Below are positions 56,001-63,499 of a stretch of 64,000 bases of DNA, in pieces. Both the position numbers and the translations under genes were made by a program. The notes under the pieces were generated by a model, which saw nothing but the letters and a program-made list of their open reading frames with translations, ran no database searches and had not been told where the DNA came from. The DNA is taken from the NCBI GenBank assembly GCA_965248925.1, contig CBDFLE010000004.1, positions 160,001 through 224,000 of the forward strand, read 5' to 3'. The first letter of the stretch is position 1, and the number at the start of each line of letters is the position of its first letter. The DNA is from Candidatus Multivoradales bacterium. Lineage in GTDB: Bacteria > Acidobacteriota > Thermoanaerobaculia > Multivoradales > J023.

Positions 56001-58976
56001 ACCCAGCGCAGCTACGATGGGCTCAACCGGATGACCCGCGAGGTGCGGCCGGAAGGAATCTCGGTCGACTACAGTTGGGACGACGCTTCGCGCCTCACCA
56101 CCTACACCGACGCCCGCGGCCAGGCCACCCGCTGGGAGTACGACGGCGTGGGTCGGCGCACCAAAGTCGTCTATCCCGATCAGCAGCAGGAGCGTTGGGT
56201 CTATGACCCCACCGGCAACGTTACCGAGCGCCACGATCCTCGCGGCCTGGTAGTGCATCAAAGCTGGGACGAGGCTGGGCGGTTGCAATCACGTACTGTC
56301 ACCCCGCCGCTGGGCGGCACCCTCGAAGGGCCGGGGGTCGAGGCTTTCACCTTCGACGGCCTCGACCGCCTGACCCGAGCCCAGTCGGGAAGCGTAGTTA
56401 CCGAGCGAGTCTACAACTCCCTCTCCCACCTGGCCTCAGAGACGAATGCCGGACGCACCACCAGCTGGCAGCGCAACGCCCTTGGCGAGCCCACTCGCAC
56501 TAGCTACCCCTCGGGCCGCCAGGTCGAGCGCGCCTTCGACAATCTCGGCCGAGCCAGCACGGTTGGCGAACCCGGCGCGCCAGCCTCGATTGCCAGCTAC
56601 GGCTATCGCGGCCCGGCGATTGCCTACAAGGCTCTCGGCAATGGTCTCCTGGGCAACATAAGCTTCGATGGCTTGCGCCGGATGGTGGACAGCAACTTCA
56701 GCCTGGCGGGGGAGTCCGCCACCTTCCAGGAGAGTCTGGCCTGGAGTCCCCGCAGCCTCAAGACCGGCCAATCGCGGGGCGATCTGGGCGGCGCCGGCCG
56801 GGTCTTCGCCTACGATGGCGCGAAGCGCCTGATCGAATCCGCTCGCGTGCCCCCGGCTTTGGCTCAGCGCCCTGGCAACACGCCCCCCGACGTGGCCCTG
56901 CTGGCCACCTTGCCCGAACGCACGAGCTACCAGCACGACAACGCCATGAACCTGATTCGCAGCACCACCACCCAGCGTGGCATCGAGCAGATCACCGACT
57001 TGCCGCCCGACAATCGCAATCGTCCCAGCGCCTTCGGCGGCGTTGCCCTCGAATGGGACGCTGCCGGCAACATGAAGCGCAAAGGCGATATGCAGATGTA
57101 CTATGATTTACACAACCGCCTGACGCGGGTCGCCCGCGCCGGTGTCGAAGTCGCCAAGTATCACTACGACGCCTTCAACCGCCGGGTGAAGGTCGAAACG
57201 CCGACCCACACTGACGACAGCGTATGGGACGGCTGGCAGTCGTTAGAGACCTATCGCGATGGCGCCTTGGCTTCGCGGCGAGTTTACGGCAACGGTATCG
57301 ACGAGATCCTGCAACAAGAGGCCGACCTCGACGGAGATGGCACGGTGGAGCAGACTTACTATCCGATCACCGACAGCACCGGCAACGTGGCGATGCTGAC
57401 CGGAGCCGACGGCAAGCCCATCGAGCGCTACTTCTACAGCCCCTTCGGCGGGCGCAAAGTGCTGGTCGACTCCACGCCCCCCGAGGTCGAACAGGTGCGG
57501 GTCCAAGACAGTGCACTGTGGATCGAGCTTTCTGAAGAAGTCTCCACCGAAGAACTACAAGCCAGCCTGGCCGACGGTCGCATCCAGCTGACCCAGACCA
57601 GCGACGGAATGCCCCTACCGCTGAACTTCGATCTACCCGTTCAGGAAGGCCGTCAAGCTCGGCGAAGACTCGTACTGACGCCGGCCACGCTGCCGGCCGA
57701 CGGTGACAGCCTGCGGCTAGAAGTCGCCGCCAGCGCGCTGAGCGATACCTTCCGCAACCTGGCCAATGCCGGCGTCGACCTCACCTGGACCTGGTCCGCG
57801 GCCGACGAAGTGCTGCAAGATACCGCCGCGCCGCGGGTCGCCGAAATCCTGCTGCGATCACGCGTCGTCGAGATCCAGTTCAGCGAAGAAGCCGATTTCG
57901 CCGCCGCGTCTGGCGCGATCCTCTTAGACGGTCAGCCCACTAGCTGGACCCTGGCTGAAGACCGATACACCCTGATCTCTACTACGACGCTGGCAGCAGG
58001 AACGCACACACTCGACATCAGCACCACCGCTCTCGACCTCGCCGGCAGCGGCCTGGCCGCTGCCTTCAGTCAGGCGCTCGACGTGCCCGCCAGCGGCGAC
58101 CAGCTGGCCTACCAGGCCGCCGACCCACGACTCAGCAGCACCAGTGCCGCCGGCAACGCTCATGGCTTCCATGGCCGGCCGGTGGATGAGGAAACCGGGC
58201 TGCTGTACTTCAGGAATCGGTATCTTGATCCGGAGATGGGACGGTTTGTTAGTAGCGACCCGATGGGTTATGTGGATGGGCCTAGTGGGTATCAGTTTGC
58301 GGGGAATAACCCTGTCAATGATAGTGATTCTCTTGGCCTGAGGCGGGAAGTGAGAGAGCCGGTTACGAGAAAGGAAAGGCGGATCGCGCGAGCTTACAAC
58401 GCTGAGTATGAGAAAATGAAGTCGGACCCGAGATTTTCCGACGCTCTCAAAGAGCTTAAAGAAAATGAAGATTATACTTTGGAGGTCGTCTTTGATGATG
58501 AGTACGATGGATATGGGCAGTTGGCAGTAGTGGGGGGGTACAAGTTTGACGATGATGGGAACCTTATAGGTGCAACGCTAACAGTCGGGCCAGGTTTTAG
58601 AGGCTCTATTAATATTGGAAATGACGAAATGTACCCGTATGGGAGTACTCTCTCGGGAGAGAAGAACAGGCGAGTTTATACAATCTTGCATGAGGAGCTC
58701 GGACATGGTTTCCTGCCTATAACAGACAGGAAATATCTCAGTATACTTCAGGAGAAATCTGCTTACAACGAACGCCTCAACGAGCTGGAAGAAAGTGTCA
58801 GCGTGCCCAGGTCGAGTGCCCGAGAGTGGGTTGAAGAATATCAGCGGCTTTTCGCTGAGAGTGAATTCAGTACGCCTGAGTTCAAGAAGCGCAGGATCGA
58901 AATTAAGAAATATATTGAAAACAGTGCCGATCAACGTGCCCAGGAACTCATTGAAGGTGGTGGAAGGGATGAGTAG
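44049..58976 (+). CDS. Giant (4975 aa) secreted Ig/YD-repeat Rhs toxin D with putative zinc metallopeptidase tip (HEELGH)
   Basis: Near-identical to toxin B over most of its length. Core RYLDPEMGRFVSSDPMG...DSLG; unique low-GC tip with YTILHEELGHG. Confidence 0.93.
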   Translation: MSKQLSLRSLLVLQASLGALLLSVSAAQAAPVFVSVTPADGTLSSAATVTLTIEVQAATSLQVDGQAVTTVDPSGTVWTAGPYSLSEGERVLVLIAEDASGVQAQQLHRVVRDSLPPVLSLSQPAAGAIVASSPLIVAGTAVDAHLAAVRVGGQVAALSGASFSHSLVLVEGEQTFTVEASDSLGQSGQQSVTVTLDSQPPTVALLEGAQPLAADALFNRSVVLSFSVTDATATTVEALLDGASFTSGTTVSAAGSHVLSVTATDAAGQPTSVSRSFEIDLTAPTFLSFTPSDGTLLADSQVTLSGVVEGAAALSVEGQAASLVGQSWTAGALQLIEGEREISILATDLAGNSASFTLHLERDATAPQLIGLVPSVDSVLATSPVAISGTASDAHLLEVRVGGELASLTGSQFSHPAVVLVEGENLLPIVATDQVGHQATAELRLVLDTQAPTLSVLVAGVPLQGGAVFAGPVTPEISASDATEVVTSATLDGATYLPGTVIAGDGLHQLSVSASDAAGHQATVLVSFSLDLAAPVFADLAPVAGSVDSAAQVTLTGRAPGAVSVSVDGQAATLAGDGFSAGPFNLSEGERVFLLAATDSGGNVTQLTHRLTRDSTAPQLTLGQPAAGSLLGSTTVDVSGTASDPRLDQVTVNGVLAEISGGAFLARQVALIEGDNVLTVVAADTVGNEVQTTRSVTVDTTPPTVVITDPASGTITPEAGLTLSGSAADPHLDRVEVAGVGASLAGGQWSLAVDLQEGSNTFTVEAFDPLGHSTSASVTVTRDSSAPEIHIESPAEGLYSPAANLTVSGTVVAEPDLTVTVGGVAATVAGSSWSAAAVPLVEGENRLIARVTDALGNQGTHTRVVWRDNQAPEFLSSIPAAGALELPAGSSFRLRFSEPLAAPSGGAYSLSTLAGQALASSAEIDGDDLVITPQAALPSATELRLVLGAGLVDRAGNALAAAHTLAFTVVDGGSPAAPQLDAYASYLCAPAITLAGSAEPGAWIEVDGGASVGAGQVADDGRFAISVVLLPEGPNHLTVIAVDAAGNPSPATSADIVHDCTAPEVLGASREAAGFRIALSETVDPLTLSGSVRVYDSGVEIAGTVSAAVNAGAGELIWTATAALPSVALLVEVEGALADLAGNPLAFPYRQLFDIALGGSFFSGTAIDDASGRPLGGVRAVVTASDGVALAEPWPEQTSGEDGRLVIALPAGTHDVTFARPGYTPVFRVVTTVDGQGTDVFDPRLTPAAAAVSIDASGGLVEGSSEVGTAPRLTLPPAGLASAAAVRLTAVGGQGLAALLPYGWAPRGAVWVDLSAVNLDSSATLDLPVTSPDGTVLEAVTLDLATLQWRSLGVVTVSGGEVTMTVDGEGAWAAVEADSGALAPPPAVAGQMLGSSAAPPSGGVTSASLSFDPEVVLPTQRSWVQVLYGLAAEVPSGVPLTLSIEERLELLDGSVRRISPYSADLVLYRDSLGDPTSRFRLRPSAAARSLPVRLGAEQVSVRSYGDETVRGNVLGPDGGVVSSAEGDQVVLPTGALEEPTAVTLSRRTVADLPLAPPAGGTVDGVLELDLAGRRLLLPAELSWSLTPAPAAGTPGLLLGVVEVEGEPRYRAIAELEATGTGWRTQAIDAADLAWPGVLEGGLYVFLRLDAAPRFVRGMVLDPGGAPVVGAVVESTTVPWLQISAAEGGYVLPILLDAATLSARRAVTGNAVAVALPAGVAAERVDLDLPLQIVAPWVEQITPSAGTSGVLLGFNPVVRFSEPVDRASLDGAIELRQGGVAVAVALDHQGALVTLLPQATLVPGSEYEVWVGAAVRDLQGYGLSGSVSVLFSTEVVATPAGVDRGRIFLVEPDAQGLARVEGLAGAAPAGTLVFVENLTSFSTTESVQSAGDGSFLLTIGASLDDQLLLHVLIDGGNEVVILLTPFLGADLRTGLAGTGAGEFTTADGITVRYAAGTFAGPSRVQVTPIAMGTLAAAEDFSELVTFRLEIAGAQPLKPLEVTMAAPAGTAPAGTAAGSLWLLRRQLEIADLPWMVHAELALDGGELSTIHTVGEAQSANSGEVGGTKSGTFDVPAPLRVLSPAEAAARLPRSGFLSALPPADPAALVEVEPPLAGLGPAKATVVPVLADYLVGVSRPGIYQAARAEVELGWIAFPFRGAQDLVVRTAELPEVVLALDAVNRSFLPLGAGALPVELSPTPLNADPAAPGTKAPPAGEPKADSVEIQVLDFAGVELYRLVVDAPTQQLVLLTPSQLPNAGPPMPVGGGPLRFHAFDVAEGTAEIAAGISAELEGNSLTVRGEAGSAGAGVAVRLIDLESSNVLSATASPGGSFSVVASPSQLGDQLVLAISAKLTPGQPLRLDFSEALQEEAPGIRVEHDGMALPITKEPLGSWAQLRIHGGWQAGKTYNLRLDSTMADAAGLPWDTDLTLPFEVAESSAGTSFALDAAHDIARLGSLLFVAAGADGLAVLDASDPRQLKNWLAAETYVDLVSEPGLPVRGVATDSHGRVVAVGGGVARRGVLLILDPQELPQGAATVPAAAILGRTLLTEPQLAGSGAPPLLIGRPLEVEIFNRDQSTTWTLGEAVPPGLTLAPPSPPSGTAAVSLTVSGMATAERPVTLRNLTTGERDSARVGSAGGGGAGSFSLSLSVQRGDRLELLRNELSLAYVAGYDAGVVTVDLNAVEAADEEVDDPWDAFDLLRYNTHYFVPTEVLCSTFENDQRFDVIEARVLPAASEGEPWSVLALVENYGLLSLGASVAAPLDKLAYRDALCGEVDDNRKLGGLDVLPGYRFDRNGDGVLDDDEPERDYALLTNTVGGGGRGWLLIVDVTERDELRRVGRIELPGPATRVTADPVGRRALVSGLGGGVYIVDLDRWPELGGGGGTPQIWSSDRVVERLSFGEDVRAPTLVAPELGLAFAGGVARGVTPISTGLPRLSLVTSGQQGLRRVARLAPFGAPTAPESAEEGAEEIPGVIRVQAQLPGGLADAEGKIRVDLAGIGPAGLPVRGLGEGLMDEPMAELKDDKALVLQRQSDNPLSEGYNVFLSDPVVLLADVRASAHFERSEAEKKVCRRCDLVDEGVYSAADLPPNELHVELLSGHQVRASYSASFATSLSGLYNADLLAGYAVIADSVPWDLSPSPHQEPVLNAATSAMAAPGTLLHSGEMTRQAIDLSLQGRGLDLALVRTYRSQTISNGPLGPGWDHGYRLRLRLLPNGDIDFFDGTGRRETFTLEDDRELKPPVGRFVQLKKYAEGYTLIGSGYQRWRFDRWGRLVSMIDSVRTSEGTGNEITFHYDSHSRLARIHDDLDRNTFLHYDDEGRLEKIVDFSDRDFLYHYDAQGRLTSFETPDVDLGSGSSQRLSTTYAYHPLGTGLAGQLTQRDDLKSETDAKSQTWLTLRYQDSDGNGRPDALKEQDWGAGTVHLAFDFDGQQTTLTDRRGKVWTYHHNAAGQATSLVDPKSANGSWQYDGEGLLTRATRPLGGATEIEYPADTSGDRRGRGDALRMVKIADSRGPNGSPSELVTTWEYHSPTHQPSRKTEPGGAVTVWVRTDNGLPQQIVRAAGAAEQSITGLTYNARGQLLEATNPNGHVTRHSYFASGGQKGYLQQTEVDPGGLSLVTTYERNDRGQLEAITDPRGVRHETELNNLDWPLAQVAAASTSGFLAPLGYRTTWSYDANGDISEVASPFGDGSTTTIEARTYGVLGELLSVEREVAPGGRRIVETSTYDPNLNLLTHIDGAGQRVEREYDDRGQLSLVRRGLGTGALATPIVEHQSYDLDGHLSSQRDGRGMTWEAERDGHGRVLRSRSPLGHYREQRYNPAGDLAALLAYDAGGQLLVESAFAYDLLHRRTETTAWRWTPDPQQPDPSRTAEKTHHRWDAASNLLEVEDPLGRLTRTSYDAAERPERVELPEGNVRRTTYDSGGLPITEHADEVDPAGGSHTITYQSTFDALGRRLSRQDGIFANRTLWTVDARGQVTLEVDPTGSFTQRSYDGLNRMTREVRPEGISVDYSWDDASRLTTYTDARGQATRWEYDGVGRRTKVVYPDQQQERWVYDPTGNVTERHDPRGLVVHQSWDEAGRLQSRTVTPPLGGTLEGPGVEAFTFDGLDRLTRAQSGSVVTERVYNSLSHLASETNAGRTTSWQRNALGEPTRTSYPSGRQVERAFDNLGRASTVGEPGAPASIASYGYRGPAIAYKALGNGLLGNISFDGLRRMVDSNFSLAGESATFQESLAWSPRSLKTGQSRGDLGGAGRVFAYDGAKRLIESARVPPALAQRPGNTPPDVALLATLPERTSYQHDNAMNLIRSTTTQRGIEQITDLPPDNRNRPSAFGGVALEWDAAGNMKRKGDMQMYYDLHNRLTRVARAGVEVAKYHYDAFNRRVKVETPTHTDDSVWDGWQSLETYRDGALASRRVYGNGIDEILQQEADLDGDGTVEQTYYPITDSTGNVAMLTGADGKPIERYFYSPFGGRKVLVDSTPPEVEQVRVQDSALWIELSEEVSTEELQASLADGRIQLTQTSDGMPLPLNFDLPVQEGRQARRRLVLTPATLPADGDSLRLEVAASALSDTFRNLANAGVDLTWTWSAADEVLQDTAAPRVAEILLRSRVVEIQFSEEADFAAASGAILLDGQPTSWTLAEDRYTLISTTTLAAGTHTLDISTTALDLAGSGLAAAFSQALDVPASGDQLAYQAADPRLSSTSAAGNAHGFHGRPVDEETGLLYFRNRYLDPEMGRFVSSDPMGYVDGPSGYQFAGNNPVNDSDSLGLRREVREPVTRKERRIARAYNAEYEKMKSDPRFSDALKELKENEDYTLEVVFDDEYDGYGQLAVVGGYKFDDDGNLIGATLTVGPGFRGSINIGNDEMYPYGSTLSGEKNRRVYTILHEELGHGFLPITDRKYLSILQEKSAYNERLNELEESVSVPRSSAREWVEEYQRLFAESEFSTPEFKKRRIEIKKYIENSADQRAQELIEGGGRDE

Positions 58977-59433
58977 ATTAAGGAATTGTATTCATGTTGT
59001 TGAGTCATTGACTCTGGGTATTGCTATATTCCTTATTGTCGAGGCTTGTGCAGTTACCGGAGAGTGTTTGATCTCTGAAGGCGAGATTTCGTCGTATCAG
59101 AGGTTAATTGTTCGACCAGAGAACTCTGGTGATTTCTACCGGGTAGTCGGGATTTACCGTGGTGGGTTTGAGACTTCTGTAGTTACCCTGTTCCTTGATG
59201 AGGATCTGAGTTTGTTGAATTTGGACTATAGCGGGTCTATGGCGTATTGCGTTAGAGTCAGAGACTCTTGTGAATCGGTGTTTTACGAAGGACTCTCTGG
59301 CAACGTGGAGGCGTCATTCGACTACCCATTCTATGGCAAGGTCGATTTGCTGGTTCGCTTTGAAGGGGAGTCTAGCGATTTAGACTGTCGGTCTGGCAGA
59401 TTGACCGTGTTGCGAATTCACGAAATGCATTGA
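58969..59433 (+). CDS. Putative exported immunity protein for toxin D
   Basis: ATG overlaps the toxin end; hydrophobic LTLGIAIFLIVEAC segment; low GC. Confidence 0.78.
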   Translation: MSRLRNCIHVVESLTLGIAIFLIVEACAVTGECLISEGEISSYQRLIVRPENSGDFYRVVGIYRGGFETSVVTLFLDEDLSLLNLDYSGSMAYCVRVRDSCESVFYEGLSGNVEASFDYPFYGKVDLLVRFEGESSDLDCRSGRLTVLRIHEMH

Positions 59434-59442
59434 TTTCCTGTC

Positions 59443-59521
59443 TGTCCCGTCCGCGTGTCCCGTCCGCGGCGTCCACGATCAAAATCGTAGCCAAACGGCC
59501 TGTCCCGTCCGCGGCGTCCGC
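59443..59521 (+). repeat. Cluster 4 of the TGT element-end motif (13-nt copy at 59443, full copies at 59456 and 59501; GCGG variant)
   Basis: Starts 9 nt after the immunity stop. Confidence 0.95.
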
Positions 59522-59727
59522 GAACGAAATAGTGGCTAAAAGGCCACTTTATTAGCCGTCTAGCCTCGCCGGTAAGCCGGCACCGTGCCGATCATCCTCA
59601 GCTCATTCTGAAAATCTTCCCAGCCGACCGCCATCTTCGCTCACCGGCCGGAAATCGTGCCCCATGGTCGCACCTCACCGTGGACAGCGCGTCGCAGCAG
59701 CCCATCAACTCGCCAGCCCGAACCGCT

Positions 59728-60642
59728 CTACTTGGGCGCATAGAAGCCAGAGAGCACTCCTTGCCAGGCGGTCATGAATCGTAGGTGCCCTCGTGAGGGC
59801 TGGCGGCCGGTCCATATCTCTGCCGGTGTGCAGCCGTCGAGGTTCTGATGCGGGCGCAGTTCGTTATACCAAAACCGGAAGACATCCAGCTGCCTCTGGG
59901 CCTTGCGGCCCGCTGGCAGCGACTCGCACCGCCGCCGCAGGCGCTCTTTGAAAGTGCCGAAGAAGCGCTCGATTCGGCCGTTCTGCCAGGGCGAGGCCAG
60001 TTGCGTTCGCTGATGGCGGATGCCCAGCAGGGCCAGCGAGAGCCGGAAGATCCACGAGGTGAAGACAGGCTCGTTGTCAGTGCGCAAGCACTTTGGCTTG
60101 CCGCAGAACTCGATCGCGTCGAGCAGCTGGCGCACCAGTTCGACCGAGGCTTTGGTCTTGACAACTTGAAGGCACAAGCAGAGCCGAGTGCCGTGATCCA
60201 GCAGGCCGAGAATCATCTCTTTCTTGCTGGCGGTGTTGTCAGCGTAGGTGAGATCGGCGGCCCAGATCAGCCGCTTGCCGCCGATCCCAGGTTTTCTCCT
60301 GCGGATCTTCCGGCGCCAAGCGAGAATCTCCAGCTGGTGCTCGTTGAAGATCTTTGCAACGTAGCTCTTGCCCACCGTCATTCGGCGATGGCGGTAGTTG
60401 CGATTGAAGGCTGCCGCGATCGCCCTACAGCCATCGTCAGGCTGCAACGCCTTGAGCCGGATCACCGCTTGGGGCACCCACTTGGGCTTGCGCCGGCAGA
60501 AGCCGCGATAAGTCGTTGGGTCGGGTGGACACTTGGCTCGGCGGCGGTGCTTCGCCCTGGGTTGCAGGGCGAGCGAAGTGAGCGCAAGAATCAGAAGTAA
60601 CATGAAGGCACAGAGCAGGGCGCCGGCAAGATCAGAAGTCAT
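59728..60642 (-). CDS. rve/DDE integrase with N-terminal hydrophobic helix, copy 4
   Basis: DDE motifs intact. Confidence 0.92.
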   Translation of the reverse strand: MTSDLAGALLCAFMLLLILALTSLALQPRAKHRRRAKCPPDPTTYRGFCRRKPKWVPQAVIRLKALQPDDGCRAIAAAFNRNYRHRRMTVGKSYVAKIFNEHQLEILAWRRKIRRRKPGIGGKRLIWAADLTYADNTASKKEMILGLLDHGTRLCLCLQVVKTKASVELVRQLLDAIEFCGKPKCLRTDNEPVFTSWIFRLSLALLGIRHQRTQLASPWQNGRIERFFGTFKERLRRRCESLPAGRKAQRQLDVFRFWYNELRPHQNLDGCTPAEIWTGRQPSRGHLRFMTAWQGVLSGFYAPK

Positions 60643-60692
60643 TCCTTGAGAATACCGATCTCACGCAGCCTAGCCCGAGGTGCCGCGCTGCC

Positions 60693-61160
60693 TCACGTAT
60701 CACCTCCCGAATGCCAGAAGCCCGGCTTGTGCAACTCCAGCACGAAGTCCACCTCGGCGGCCCTCGTCTCGTAGTCACGCCGCTCCTTCGCCGCCGCGAT
60801 CCTGGCGGCGATCTCGCTGGCCAGGTGCTCTCCCTTGCCGGGTCGCGTCGGCAAGGCTTCTCTGGCCACATCGCGGAGGACTTGCTCCACCAGCGCCCGG
60901 TCCTTCTTCTTCGGGTCGCTAGCGTGGTTGAGAAACCACAGGATCAGCGCCGCGGGCTCGAGGAAGCGGTGGTTGACCGCGGCCAGGAAGGCCGCGGTCA
61001 GCTCTTCGATCGGTGCGCTGGCAGAAAGCTTAATCTCAGCCAGGCTGTCGATGCTGGAATGATTGAGTCGCTGGTTGGCGCCGGTGATCTGAGCGGCGAT
61101 CTGGCGTACTGTCTGGTGGATCTGTTCGGTGGTCATAGGCTTTCTGGACAGAGTGGCCAT
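60693..61160 (-). CDS. Conserved 155-aa hypothetical protein, copy 4
   Basis: Intact paralog with an AGGAGG RBS. Confidence 0.8.
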   Translation of the reverse strand: MATLSRKPMTTEQIHQTVRQIAAQITGANQRLNHSSIDSLAEIKLSASAPIEELTAAFLAAVNHRFLEPAALILWFLNHASDPKKKDRALVEQVLRDVAREALPTRPGKGEHLASEIAARIAAAKERRDYETRAAEVDFVLELHKPGFWHSGGDT

Positions 61161-61185
61161 TCTGGTGTTCCTCCTAGGTGATCTA

Positions 61186-61491
61186 TTATTGGCGGATATT
61201 GACGCCGAAGCCGATGGCCATGGTTTCGATGGCTTGGGCCAGGGCGATGTGTTGCTCGGTGAGTTCGGCCTCCGGCGTGGCGGGCAACTTGAGGGTCAGC
61301 AAAGTGCCTCGTAGATGAACTTCGATCGTTGCCCTCTGACACACCACGAAAGCCAGGAGCTGGCGCAGGAACCGGTAGGCGGCGGGGAAGTCGACGAACT
61401 CTAGCCGCTGGGCAATAACTTGTGGATTGTCTTCGCTCTGGCGCCAATGTACTAGCCGCCCTAGCCCGAGCTGAATTCGTTCGGGTTTCAT
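61186..61491 (-). CDS. PCD/DCoH-fold protein 2 (the only intact copy)
   Basis: AAGGAG RBS. The pattern W...IAQRLEFVDFPAAYRFL...ELTEQHIALAQAIE resembles PCD but has no HHP motif. Confidence 0.75.
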   Translation of the reverse strand: MKPERIQLGLGRLVHWRQSEDNPQVIAQRLEFVDFPAAYRFLRQLLAFVVCQRATIEVHLRGTLLTLKLPATPEAELTEQHIALAQAIETMAIGFGVNIRQ

Positions 61492-61509
61492 TCACAATAC
61501 TCCTTGAGG

Positions 61510-61872
61510 TCACGGTTCAAGAAAAAGCACCCTCCGGGCAGCAGGGGCTGATTCTGCCCGGAGGGGAGTCGCCGTGGTTGGGGAGGGACCACCACGGCCA
61601 TCACAGGGACTCAGGGAGCGAGCGAGGTCGAAATCTTCCGGCCGCAGACGGGCCGGCGCCGCCGGCCCGATCCGTACCGAGACCCAGCGGCCGACCATCG
61701 CGGCTCTGGGTTCTAGGTTGGTGAGTTCACCGCGATAGAACACCCACTCGACGAAGATCAGAGAATCGCGCCAAGAATCAAAGAGATATTTGCGGGTGAT
61801 CTTTTGTTGCCCTTTGATTTGTCGCCAAACGGGTAGGGCACTCAGGGCCTGTTGGATCTCTTCGTCGGTCAT
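61510..61872 (-). CDS. PCD/DCoH-fold protein 1, copy 4
   Basis: Intact paralog. Confidence 0.75.
   Translation of the reverse strand: MTDEEIQQALSALPVWRQIKGQQKITRKYLFDSWRDSLIFVEWVFYRGELTNLEPRAAMVGRWVSVRIGPAAPARLRPEDFDLARSLSPCDGRGGPSPTTATPLRAESAPAARRVLFLEP
61519..61564 (-). terminator. Candidate intrinsic terminator/attenuator
   Basis: 11-bp GC stem plus a U-tract on the minus strand. Confidence 0.5.
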
Positions 61873-62010
61873 CGCTTGCTCCGTGGGTCTAGGAGGATGG
61901 TAGGCGAAGGAAGGAGGGATTGAGCAGACATCCTGCTTTTCAAGCGCTCACTCCGCGCGGCCCGTCCCGTGATCGCCGGACTACCTTGCGGCTGGTTGAT
62001 TCTGAGGCTT

Positions 62011-62063
62011 GAGGACTGTGAGTCCTCTTCATTGAGTAAGAGAGAGGACTGAGAGTCCTCTCT
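62011..62063. promoter_or_regulatory. Paired GAGGACT-GWG-AGTCCTC operators
   Basis: Palindromes identical to those at 8052 and 8085. Confidence 0.7.
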
Positions 62064-62155
62064 GTCCAAAAACTCCGTCGTTCTTGCTGTCGAGGCCGCG
62101 GAGAGCCGTTGGTTGCGATACTCTTTGGGCCTAATCAATATCTCTGGAGGGAGCA

Positions 62156-63499
62156 ATGTTTGGCGAATCAGCGAGCGAGCAGCACCAGCGATGCCTAGAA
62201 ACGCTGAAGGCCCATGTGCGACGGCATCCGATGTCGGTAAGGGAGATCGAGCGGCGCCTGGGATATTCTCCGTCCTACTTGCACCGGATCCTTCGTGGCA
62301 AAGTAGGGTTGTCGTTTGAGGGCTTGTTGCAGCTGCTCGAAGTGGTGGATATGAGCTTCGAGGAGCTGGCGATCAAGACGGCGCGAGTGGATGCCGAGGG
62401 ATTGTTGGAGAGAGCCTTACCTCCGGGCACGGTAGATCCGCCAGAAATTGAGCAGTTGTCGTTAGTAGCAACTCAGCTCATCGAAGGTGATCTTGTTAGA
62501 ACAGCACCCGATTCAGCATGTCAGGCGCTATTTCAGGCGGTGAGTGAAGCTGATGAGCAGCGCTACTCGGACCCCTGGTTAGCCGCTGAAAAGGCGTGGT
62601 CAATCGCAGCTTGTGTAGCGCCTAGAATAGCCGGCAGATCGGCGCTGGAACTCTGCTGTGGAGCGATCAGTGTTTACGGGTCTTGCTGCCGAATCGGCGG
62701 AGCTGCTCAGCACGCGATTCGCGCGTTGATTTCTGTTAGCCAGCTCGTTCGATCGTGCGGGCTGAGCCATCGGGCGGATTGGCTTCTTCGGGCCGCCTCG
62801 GCATTGAATAGTCACGGTGAGCATGAAGCTGGGCTGGAACTCGGCATTGTGGCTGGAGAGATCTTCGAGAGGTTGGGGGACAGTGCGGGTGTAGGCTCGG
62901 CTCTCATCAGCAAGGCTATCTCGATGGTCTTCTTGAAGGACAATGAGCGAGCGGCGACGACCTTCCACTCTGCGCTTCTTCATATTCCGTCGAAGGGCTA
63001 TTCTCGTCGGCTGATGGCAGCTCATCATGGTCTGGCGAAGTTGCTGGTCGAGCAAGGGGATTTGGAGGAGGCTAGATCACATATTGTGTCTGCATCGTCA
63101 GAGGTCCAAGCGTCGGACACCTACAGTCGAGGCATGCTGGCCCGGACCATGGGCAACTGGCATTGGAAGAAAGGACATAGGGAAGAGGCAATAGAGGATT
63201 TGCGCTCAGCGGAGAAGTGCCTTGTGGAGATCAATCCCTTCGATACGGCTTTTGTCGTACTCGACCAGATCGGGTTCTGCCTGGAAATTGGCCGACTCCA
63301 GGAAGCGATCAAGGCTGCCGAGGAAACGTCCGACCTGATCGAGCTGTTCAAGTCCAATCCGATGGCAGGTGGCATTCTTTTGAGGCTTCGAGACGCTGCC
63401 CAGAGGGGAAGGCTGAGCATGCGTCTGATTGAGATCGCCCGGAGAAGGATGGCCGGCAGGCGGCCTTTCGGAATCCGCCCGCCGGCAACATTTAATTAG
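62156..63499 (+). CDS. XRE-HTH + TPR-like regulator, copy 4
   Basis: Near-identical to copy 3 for the first ~180 aa, then diverges. Confidence 0.85.
   Translation: MFGESASEQHQRCLETLKAHVRRHPMSVREIERRLGYSPSYLHRILRGKVGLSFEGLLQLLEVVDMSFEELAIKTARVDAEGLLERALPPGTVDPPEIEQLSLVATQLIEGDLVRTAPDSACQALFQAVSEADEQRYSDPWLAAEKAWSIAACVAPRIAGRSALELCCGAISVYGSCCRIGGAAQHAIRALISVSQLVRSCGLSHRADWLLRAASALNSHGEHEAGLELGIVAGEIFERLGDSAGVGSALISKAISMVFLKDNERAATTFHSALLHIPSKGYSRRLMAAHHGLAKLLVEQGDLEEARSHIVSASSEVQASDTYSRGMLARTMGNWHWKKGHREEAIEDLRSAEKCLVEINPFDTAFVVLDQIGFCLEIGRLQEAIKAAEETSDLIELFKSNPMAGGILLRLRDAAQRGRLSMRLIEIARRRMAGRRPFGIRPPATFN

Noticed and set aside
58795-58968. Longer 212-aa version of immunity D
   Set aside because: It overlaps the toxin by ~180 nt. 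The ATG at 58969 gives the usual coupled start and puts the hydrophobic segment at the N-terminus.
9936-58976. Diversity-generating retroelement acting on toxin tips
   Set aside because: There is no reverse transcriptase, and the tips are wholly unrelated rather than adenine-mutated copies.
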